Position numbers and translations under genes: made by a program. Below, one piece after another: positions 1-10,500 of a DNA stretch of 13,235 nt. The notes beneath the pieces were generated by a model that saw only the letters and a program-made list of their open reading frames with translations, was not told the origin of the DNA and searched no databases. Position 1 is the stretch's first letter. The number at the start of each line of letters is the position of its first letter. The stretch is from Paramicrosporidium saccamoebae KSL3 (lineage: Eukaryota > Fungi > Cryptomycota), in contig MTSL01000148.1 of assembly GCA_002794465.1 (NCBI GenBank), positions 1-13,235 of the forward strand, read 5' to 3'.

Positions 1-303
1 CTCACCTCTGCTGACAAACCGATCAGCGATGAGTGCATGAAGACGGTCATCGATCGTCTTACTATCATGTTAGACTCGCACATCTGTCTTCCATTTGGAA
101 TGACTGTTGTTCCGAATAGGGGTGTCATTGTCGCTCCGGAAGCCTATTGTGAGGGAGCCGTCTGTGTGCCGACCACTACCGACCACCAACTCGCGGGCCA
201 AACTGCCAACGGAGCCCATTCCAATTTCTCCTCCGTCTTGAACCCGGGTGCCATATTGATGAGGATCATTAGAAGCGTCGCTGCCTTTGTCCGTGGCTAT
301 TAA
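1..303 (+). CDS. Possible 3' end of an upstream gene (5'-partial, unknown product)
   Basis: Frame 1 is open from base 1 to TAA 301-303 (100 codons) and AATAAA follows at 317-322. No recognisable domain, and the in-register antisense frame is nearly as open, so strand and coding status are uncertain. Confidence 0.25.
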   Translation, partial: LTSADKPISDECMKTVIDRLTIMLDSHICLPFGMTVVPNRGVIVAPEAYCEGAVCVPTTTDHQLAGQTANGAHSNFSSVLNPGAILMRIIRSVAAFVRGY

Positions 304-1375
304 ATCGGTCAGTTTTAATAAAACGTTAATCTATTATGGTCGACTTGACACGGCACCTACCATCTACCGTGTTTGCCTTCAGATAGGCATGTTAACTATA
401 GACATCTTTCATGACTAGTAAGAAGACTGCTCTTCCAGCACCGGCTAGTTGGCCAGTACTATAGGATACTCCTGGAGTGGCAACAGATTCTCATCGAACG
501 AATATCCCGTCGCCTTGTTCTGTGTTTCCTCATTCGATTATGACCTTGGCGTTCCGTCAACTCTTTCCCCGGCCGCCCGCGAAAGAAGCAGCGCTAATAT
601 GTCCGCAATCGATACTATGTTTGCCGTGATCATCATATTTGGACGGCAAGATCAGACAGGTTACTACATTTAGGGTTTAGCGTGCGACAAATGAAGCATT
701 TGCAAAACGCTAAATTTCGTATTGCAAAGTCTCTAGAGATCAAGAATTATCTCAAGTAGATGTCTGTAAGCATATATTTGCTGTTCAAATTAGCTATAAT
801 TAATGTTTAATTTACGCAGCAGTGCTGCCTGCTAGTCTCGTCAATAAGCACTTTAAAGGGCACCAAGTCCTGAGCGTTTCTACAAATCCTTTTCGGAGTA
901 TTCCTCGTGGATGATCGTTCGCTAAACAAAGAGGAGGGTTCTTTGAACATAGTTGACGACGGAATCGTCCTGTGGCTGGGTCACCAATGCCTTATTTCTT
1001 GATGTGATCATTTCCTTTGATATCTGCATCAGTAAGCGAAATGAGATCCTCAGCTAGAGCACTGATCTCCAATAGAGGCTCTTCTTGGATTCTGAATCGG
1101 CACAAGCTGTGAAGCTTGTGCGACTGTACGAGATCGCTATAGGCTCTCTGCGCATGCTTTCTGCTGCATCCGACAGCTTCTGATATTTTCAAATTACTCC
1201 TACCTTCTCTCGGGGGAATACTTACGAGGCAATTTGCAAATATAGATATACATGCTTGTACTACATGTAAGTTCAGGGTAAATTGGTCGGGACTGCGCAA
1301 ACGCTCTTCCTCCTTAAATTGAGGGAAAGTTGGTTACATGAAATTTTAGGGAAAAATTTTGTCTGCGCAAATGCT

Positions 1376-1412
1376 CCAATGTTTAAATTCGCTAACCTGA
1401 CACATTCATTGG
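1376..1412. promoter_or_regulatory. Possible CCAAT boxes
   Basis: CCAAT at 1376-1380 and ATTGG at 1408-1412, about 25-60 nt upstream of the TATA box. Short motifs that could be chance. Confidence 0.25.
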
Positions 1413-1436
1413 TTCTCTAAACTAGGCAACTGAGCC

Positions 1437-1446
1437 TATATATAAA
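1437..1446 (+). promoter_or_regulatory. TATA box
   Basis: TATATATAAA ending 52 nt upstream of the ATG at 1499. Confidence 0.65.
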
Positions 1447-1498
1447 CAAACGGTCAGCTGAGAGTCACCCTCTACAGTGACGTGTATTTTGATTGCGC

Positions 1499-1555
1499 AT
1501 GCCCTTTATTTATATCTTGTTATTATCTTTGCTGGCCGCCGTTCCGATTGAGGGA
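1499..1555 (+). other. Predicted N-terminal signal peptide
   Basis: MPFIYILLLSLLAAVPIEG: hydrophobic core FIYILLLSLLAAV followed by small/helix-breaking residues; cleavage plausibly after G19 (judged by eye). Confidence 0.75.
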
Positions 1556-4500
1556 CACTGGGTGCGAAGCTTGCGAGATAATGACAAGGTGTCACAAGAG
1601 GAACGAGCTTCAAGCAATGTCAGCCTACAGACAACGGAAAAGGGCCTCCGCCCGATTGTAGACTTGGTCGATACGATAGTGGCCAACTTGCCAATTACTA
1701 TCCTCTTGTCCCCAAATAATAGTGTTCCCCAGGCTGTGCTATCCACTACACTGACTACTACCCCCACTACTGCACGAACCACCACTTCTACCTTAACGCC
1801 CACTACTACACCGACTACTACTGCACGAACCACCACGCCTACCTCAACGTCCGCTACTACACCGATTGCTTCACGAACTACTACACCTACATCGACGTCC
1901 ACCATTACGCCGATGACGACTCCTACTACTTTGTCATCCCAGACGTCGAGCAATGGTAGTCCTCGTGCGACGTCTACTGCCACTCCAACCACTAATGGAC
2001 GAACTACTACACCTATATCAACGCCCACCACTACGCCGATGACAACTCCCACTGCTTTTGCATCGCAGTCATCGAGCGGTGGTAGCCCTACTGTAACTCC
2101 TACTACCACTGTTACTTCGTCGCTACAATCACTGTGCGGTGGTAGCCCTAGTGTAACCTCCACCACTACTGCACGACTTACTACACCTGCCTCAACGCCC
2201 ACTACTGCACCAACCACCTCGCGGGCTACTACACCCATATCAACGCCCACCACTACGCCGACGACGAACCCCATTACTACATCGACTACTTTGCCATCAC
2301 AGCTATCGAACGGTGGTACCTTTACTGTAACTCCTACTACCACTCCGGTTACCCCTCCCGCCAATACACCGACTACTACCACCGTTACTTCATCGCTACG
2401 ATCATTGTGCGGTGGTAGTCCTAGTGTAACGTCTACCACTACTCCCACCGTTATTGCACGAACTACTACGCCTGCCTCAACGCCCACCACTACGCCGACG
2501 ACTCCCATCACTACATCGACCACTTTTTCATCCCAGCCATCGAGCAATGGTAGTCCTAGTGTGACTTCTACTAGACTGACTGCCACTCCAACTACTACAC
2601 CGACGACGAACCCCGTTACTACATCGACTACTTTGCCATCACAGTCCTCGAGCGATGCTAGTTCTAGTGTAACTACTACTTCCACTTCCACTACTACTCC
2701 GGCCACTACACCTACTACTTCCAACTCGCCATCAAGTAGTAGTTCTGGGGGAGCATCTTCCAGTACATCGTCTATCACTCCCGTGACAACGCCTCCTACT
2801 TCCTCCAGTCAGCCATCAAGTAGTAGTAGCTCTGGAGGAGCGCCTTCTACTACGCCAGCCACCACTCCTATGCCGACGTCTACTACTTCCAATTCGCCAT
2901 CAAGCAGTAGTTCTGGGGGATTATCTCTCACCACGCCGCCCACTACTCCTATGACGACACCTACTTCCAATCAGCGAGCAAGCAGTAGTAATTTTGAGGG
3001 CGCATCTTCTGCTACGTCGCCTATCACATATATAGCGACTCCTACTCCTTCTTCCAGTCAGCCATCGAGTAGTGGTAGTTCTGAAGGAGTACTTTCCACT
3101 ACGCCGGCTAATACTTCCAATCAGCTATCAAGCAGTAGTTCTGGGGGAGTGTCTTCCATCACACAGTCTACTACTCCTATGACGACACCTATCACTTCCA
3201 ATCCACTATCAAGTAGTAGTAGTTCCGGGGGATTATCTTCTGTTACGTCGCCTATCCCATCTATAACGACGCCTGCCACTTCGTCCGACCCACCATCAAG
3301 CAGTAGTAATTCTGGGGAAGGATCTTCTACTGCGCCGGCTACCACTTCTGCGACGACATCTACTACCTCCAATCAGCCATCAAGCAGTAGTTCTGGGGAA
3401 GTGTCATCCATCACGCAGTTTCCTACTCCTATGACGACCCCTATCACTTCTTCCAGTCAGCCATCAAGTAGTAGTAGTTCTGAAGCAGTACCCTCTGCTA
3501 CATCGCCTATCACATCTGTAACAACGCCTACTACTACTTCCAATCAGTCATCAGGCAGTAGTAGCTCTGGGGGAGCATCATCGATTACTCCGCCTACCAC
3601 TCCTATGACAACGCCTACTACTTCTTCCAATTCACCATCGAGTGGTAATAGCTCTATAGCACAAACTACTACGCCACCTACCACTCCTATGACGGCACCT
3701 ACTACTTCCAATTCGCTATCGAACAGTAATAGCTCTAGAGGAGCATCTACTACAGTTACGGTTACTCCCGTTACTACGCCATCTACTATTCCTATGACGG
3801 CGTCTACTACTTTGTACAGTCAATCATCGGACAGCAGTAACTCTGAGGGAATATCTCCTACTACACCGCTTACCACTTCTATGATGACGTCTTCTGCTAG
3901 TTCCAATCTGCCATCAAGCATTAGTAGCTCTGGAGAAAGATCTTTCAACATATCTACGACCACTCCGACTACCATACTCAACATGCCGAGTCAGTCGAGT
4001 AGCAGCAGCTCTGAAGAAGCGTCTTCTACTATATCAAATGCCTCGTCGGCGCAAGCATTAAGCAGCAGTTCGGAAGAAGTACAATCTACCAGATCAACTA
4101 CCTCATCGATGCACACATTAAGCAGCACTCCTGGAGAAGTGTCTTCTACTAAATCAACTACTTCATCGGCGCAAGCATTGAGCAACAGCTCTGAAGAAGT
4201 ATCGTCTAATAGCTCGGCTGCTCCATCGACGCAAGCGTTAAGCAGTAGTCCTGAAGAGGTGTCGTCTGCTAGCTCAACTGTTTCCTCGGTGCAAATGACC
4301 AGCAGTAGCTCTGAAGAGGTACAATCTGCCAGATCAACAGCCTCATCGGAGCAAGTATTAAGCAGCAGCTCTGGAGACGTATCTTCTACTCAATCAACTA
4401 CTTCATCGGCGCAAGCAGTGAGCAGCAGTTCTGAAGGAATGTTTCCTACCATACCAACTACTTCCTCGACGCAAGAGTCGAGTAACAGCAGCTTTGAAGA

Positions 4501-7500
4501 AGTGTCGTCTAATAGCTCGGCTGCTCCATCGACGCAAGCGTTAAGCAGTAGGCCTGAAGAGGTGTCGTCTGCTAGCTCAACTACCCTTTCAGTGCAAGAA
4601 CCGGGTGGCAGCAGCTCTGAAGGGTTCTCGTCCACTAGATTAACTGCCTCATCGGTACAAACATCAAGTAGCAACAGCTCTGAAGAAGTGTTTTCTACTA
4701 GTTCAACTTCCTCATCGACGCACACATTAAGCAGCACTCCTGGAGAAGTGCCTTCCACTAGATCAACTACTTCGTCGGCGCAAGTTTTAAGTAGTGAAGG
4801 CCCTGAAGGAGTGTCTTCTACTGGCTTAACCATCTCATTGAGGCAAGGATCAAGTAGTAATAGCTCCGAAGAAGCACAATCCACTAGCTCGACTTTTTCA
4901 TCGACGCAAGTATTAAACAGTAGTTCCGACCAAGTGTCTTCTACTACTTCAGCTACCTCATCGGTACAAGTATCAAGGAGCTACAGCTCTGAAGAAGCGT
5001 CACTGACCAGATCAACTGCCTCACCAGTGCAGGAATCGGGTAGCAGCAGCTCTGAAGGATTTTTGTCCACTAGATCAACTGCCTCATCGGTACAAGCATC
5101 AAGCAGCAATGGCTCTGAAGAAGTGTCTTCTACTAGTTCAACTTCCTCATCGACGCACACATTAAGCAGCAGTTCTGAAGAAGTACCATCCACCAGTTCA
5201 ACTGCCTTATCGGCGCCAGAATTTAATAGTAGCCGTTCTGAAGAAAGGTCTTCTGCTCCATCGGTGCAGGAATCGATCAGTAGTTCTGAAGAAGTGCAAT
5301 TCACCAGATCAACTACTTTGTCGGCGCAAGCATTGAGCAGTAGTTCTGAAGGAGTGTCTTCTGTTAGACCAACCACCTCAGCGGTACAAGAATCGAGAAG
5401 CAATAGCTCTGAAGAAGCATCTTCCACCAGATCAACTGTCTCACTAGTACAAGAATTGAGTAGCAATAGTCGTGAAGAGGGACCTTCTACCAGTTCAACT
5501 ACCTCATCAACGTATGCACTAAGCAGTAGTTCTGAAGAAGTACCATCCAGCAGATCACCTGCCTCATCGATACGAGAATCGAGTAGTAACAGCTCTGAAG
5601 AAGTACAATCCACTTTATCAACTTCTTCATCCGTGCAAGCATTAAGCAGTAGCGGTTTTGAAGAAGTACCATACACCAGATCAATTGCCTCCTCGGTACA
5701 AGCATTAAGCAGCAGCTCTGGAGAAGGGTCTTCTACTAAATCAACTACTTTATCGGTGCAAGAATCAAGCAGTAGTTTTGAAGAGGTGTCGCCCACTAGC
5801 TCAACTGCCTCGTCGGCGCAAGAATCGAGTAGAAGTGGTTCTGAAGAAGTGCCGCCTACTAGCTCAACTACTTTATCGGCGCAAGCATTAAGCAGCAACA
5901 GCTCCGAGGACGGACAGTCCACTAGTTCAACTACCTTGTCAGTGCAAGCACTAAGCAGGACCTCTGAAGAAATGTCGTCTACTAATTCGACCACTTTAAT
6001 GGCGCAAGAACTGAGTAGTAACAGCTCTGAGGAAGGGCGGTTCATCAGATCGGCTGCCTCATCAATGCAAGGATCGAGTAGTAGCAGTTCTGAAGAAGTA
6101 CAGTCCACTAGCTCGGCTGCTTTGTCGGCGCGAGCATCAAGCGACAGCAGCTCCGGAGAAGCGCCTTCTACTCGATCAGCTACTTTGTTGGCGCAAACAT
6201 TAAGCAGCGGTTCTGGAGAATTGTCTTCCACTAGACCAACTACCTCCTCGACACAAGCATTAGGCAGCGACAGCTCTGAAGGAGTGCGCTATACTAGCTC
6301 AACTGTCTCATCAATGCATGAATCGAGTAGCAACAGTTCTGAAGACGGACAATCCACCAGCTCAGCTACCTTATCGATGCAAGGATCAAGTAGTCTCGGC
6401 TCTGAAGAAGTGTCTTCTACTAGATCACCGACTTTATCGACACAAGATTTGAGTAGTGATGGCGTTGAAGAAGTGTCCTCTACTGGCTCAGCTACCTCAT
6501 CGGTACAAGTATCAAGGAGCCACAGCTCTGAAGCAGCGTCGTCTACTACCTCAACTGCTTCATCGGGCCAAGAGCCGAGTAGTCACAGCTCTGGAGAAGT
6601 ACAATCCCTTAGAGCAACTATTTCATCGACACAGGCATCAAGCAGCAGCAGTTTTGAAGAAATGCTGTCCACCGGGTCAGCCACCTCCGCGGCACAAGTA
6701 TTAAACAGTAGCTCTGAAGAAGTCTATTCCGCTGGCTCAACTGCTTCGTCCGTGCAAGAATCGAGTAGTAATAGCTCTGAAGAAACATCCTCCACTAGAT
6801 CAACCACTTCATCGGCGCAAACATTAAGCAGTAGTTCTGGAGAATCGTCTTCCACTAGACCAACTATCTCCTCGGCGCAAGAATTAGGCAATAACAGCTC
6901 TGAAGGAGTGTCCTCTGCTAGTTTAATTGCCTCATCGGTGCAAGGATCGAGTGGCCACAACTCTGAAGAAGTGCCTTCTACCCAATCGACTACTTCATTA
7001 ACACAAGAATTGAGCAGCAGTTCTGGAGAAGCGTCTTCTACTCGGTCAACTACCTCGCCAGCACAAACATTAAGCAGCAGTAGCTCTGAAGACGTACAAT
7101 CCACCAGATCAGCTACTCCATCAACGCAAGTTTCGAGTAGTAACAGCTCTGAAGAGGTGTCTTCTATTCGACCGACTACTTCATCAGCGCAAACATTAAG
7201 CAGCGGTTCTGGAGAGTTGTCTTTCACCAGATCAACTACCTCATCGACACAAGTATTAAGCAGCAGCTCTGAAGAAGCGTATTCCACTAGCTCAATTGCT
7301 TCATCGGTGCAAGAATTGAACAGTAGCAGCTCTGAAGAGCATTCGCTCTTTAGCTCAACTATTTCATCGGCGCAAGAACCAAGTAGCAACAGCTCTGAAA
7401 AGGCGTCTTCGACTCGATCAAGTGCTTCTTCAATACAAGCATTAAGCAGCAGCTCTGGAGAAGTGTCTTATGCTCGAGCAACTGCTTCATCGGCGCAAGA

Positions 7501-10500
7501 ATCGATTAGTGGTAGCTCCGAAGAAGAACAGCCCACTAGTTCAATTGCCTCCTCGACGCAAGCATTAAGCAGCAATAGCTCTGAAGAGGTGTCGTTCACT
7601 AGTTCAATTTCCTCATCGATGCAAGAGCCCGGTAGCCACAGCTCTGGGGAGGTACAATCCTCTGGAGCAACTATTTCATCGGCACAAGTATTAAGCAGCA
7701 ACAGTTCTGAAGACGGACAATCCACCAGCTTAACTACCTTTTCGGTGCAAGCATTCAGCAGCAGCCCTGAAGAAGTATATTCTACTAGCTCAACTGCCTC
7801 ATCGATGCGAGAATCGAGTAGCAATAGCCTTGAAGAAGTGTCGTCTACTGGCTCAACCATCTCATCGGTACAAGTCTCAAGGAGCCACAGCTCTGAAGCA
7901 GTGTCGTCTACTAACTCAACTGCTTCATCGGGCCAAGAGCCGAGTAGTCACAGCTCTGGAGAAGTACAATCCCTTAGAGCAACTATTTCATCGACACAGG
8001 CATCAAGCAGCAGCAGTTTTGAAGAAGTGCTGTCCACTATGTCAACGATCTCCTCGGCACAAGCATTAAGCAGCAGCTCTGAAGGAGTATATCCTACTAG
8101 CTCAACTACCTCATCAGTCCAAGAATCGAGCAGTGACGGCTCGGTAGAAGGGTCTCCCGCTAGACCGACTGCCTCATTAACGCAAGCATTGAGCAGTAGT
8201 TCTGAAAAAATGTCTTCTGCCAGCTCAACTGCCTCATCGGCACAAGAATCGGTTAGTAATAGCCCTGAAGCACCGCCCACCAGATCAACTGCTTCATCGG
8301 TGCAAGAATCGCGTAGTGGCAGCTCTGACGAGCTTTCGTTCACTAGGTCGGCTATTTCATCAACGCAGGCATTAAGCAGCAGTTCTGAAGAAGTATCATC
8401 CGCTATAACAGCTACTCCATCAGTGCAAGCATTAAGCAGGAGCAGCTCTAAAGAAGTACCATCCATTAGCTCAACTACCTTATCGGTACAAGTACTAGGC
8501 AGTAGCTTTGAAGAACTATCGTCTACTAGCTCGATTAGCCCATTGGCGCGAGAATTAAGTAGTAACAGCTCTGAAGAAGGACAGTCCACCGGATCAACTC
8601 TTTCATCGGTGCAAACAGCGAGCAGCGGCCATGAAGAAGAATCGTCTAATAGCTCAACTATCTCATTGGCGCAAGCATTAAGCAGTAGTTATGAAGAGAG
8701 ACTTACCAGTTCAGCTTCCTCACCAGCGCAAGAGTCGAGTAGCAGTAATTCTGAAGAAGCGTCGTCTACCAGGTCAACTGCCTCGTCGGCACAAGCATTG
8801 AACAGCAGCCCTGAAGAAGCATCTTCTACCCGGTCAGCTACTTCATCGGTGCAATCACTAAGCAACAGTTCTGGAGAAGTGCCTTCCATTAGCTCAATTG
8901 CCTCATTGATGCAAGCACTAGGCATTAGTTCTGAGGAAGTGTCTTCCACTAGTTCAACTATTTCATCGGCGCAAGGATCTATTAGCAACAGCTCTCAAGA
9001 AGAACAGCCCATTAGTTCAACTACCCCATCGGCGCAAGCATTAAGTAGCAGAAGCTTTGAAGGAGTGTCTTCCAATAGCTCAACTGCTTCATTGGTACAA
9101 GAATCGAGCAGTAACAGCTCTGAAGACGGACACTCCACTAGCCCGACCTTCTCATCGGTGCAAGAATCGAGTGGTAACAACTCTGGAGAAGGGCAATTCA
9201 CTCGCTCAACTACTTTATTGACGCAAGGATCGGGTAGTAACAGCTTTAAAGAAGTGTCTTCTGATAGCTCGGCTACTCTATCGGCACATGCGTTAAGCAG
9301 TAGCTCTGAAGAGGAGTCGTCTGCTAGCTCAACTAGCTCTTCAGTACAAGCACTAGGCATTATTTCTGGAGAATTTTCTTCCACCAGACCAGCTATTTCA
9401 TCGGCGCAAGCATTAAGCAGTAGAAGTTTTGAAGGAGCGTCTTTTACTAGCTCAACTGCTTCATTGGTACAAGAATCGAGTAGTAACAGCTCTGAAGACG
9501 GACACTCCACTAGCTCGACTTTCTCATCGGTGCAAGAATCGAGTAGCAACAGCTCCGAAGAAACATCCTCCACTAGATCAAACGCTTTGTCAGTACAAGA
9601 ACTGAGCAGCAGCAGCTCTGAAAAAGTGTCATCCACCAGATCAATTACCTCCCCGACACAAGTATTAAGCAGCAGTTCTGGAGAAGTGTTTTCTACTAGT
9701 GCAATCGCCTCGTCAGTGCAAGGATCGAGTAGCCACAGCTCTGAAGAAGTGCCTTCTACCCAATCAACTACTTCATTAACACAAGAATTGAGCAGCAGTT
9801 CTGGAGAAGTGTCTTCCACTAAACCAACTACTTCATCAACGCAAGCACTAAGCAGTAGTATTGAACAAGTACAATTCACCAGATCGACTGCATCATCGGT
9901 GCAGACAGCAAGTGGTAACAGCTCTGAAGAGATACAATCCACTAGAACGACTACTCTATCAGTACAGACATCAGATAGTAACAGCCCTGAAGGATTATAT
10001 TCCATTAGCTCAACTGCCTCATCAATTCAAGAACCGGGTAGTAGTTATGAAGAGGAGCCTTCTACTAGTTCAACTTTCTCATCGACGCACGGACTAAGCA
10101 GCAGCTCTGGAGAAGGGTCTTCTACCGGATCAGCTAGTTTTGAAGAGGTGTCGCCTACTAGCTCGACTACCTCACCGATTCAAACATTAAGCAGCAGTTT
10201 TGAAGAAGTGTCTTCCACCAGATCAACTGTCTCACCGATCCGAGTATTAGGCAACAGGAATTCTAAAGAAACATTGTCTACCATTTCCACTACCTCATCA
10301 GTCCAGGCGTTAAGTAGCAGCCCTGAAGAAGTATATGCTACTACATCGACTACCTCGTCGGTGCAAACATTAAGCAGTAGTTCTGAAGAAGTACAACCCA
10401 TCAGTTCAACAATTTACTCAATGCAAACGTCCAGAAATAGTTCTGAAGAAGTACAATCTATTAGAGCAACTACTTTATCGGTGCAAGCACTAAGCAGCAA

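Noticed and set aside
449-673. 74-aa + strand ORF
   Set aside because: TTG start immediately after a stop, no recognisable domain or supporting signals.
669-680. Telomere-like TTTAGGGTTTAG
   Set aside because: Fewer than two copies; compatible with chance.
300-1000. TAA/TAG stops in minus frames that read plausibly as Gln (alternative code or RIP)
   Set aside because: Stop density is near random expectation, TGA stops occur too, and the giant ORF has many CAA/CAG codons with no in-frame TAA/TAG.
992-1300. 102-aa minus ORF with an HTH-like stretch (SNLKISEAVGCSRKHAQRAYSDL)
   Set aside because: TTG start, resemblance only by eye, no transposase catalytic region or terminal repeats, and part of it overlaps a candidate intron.
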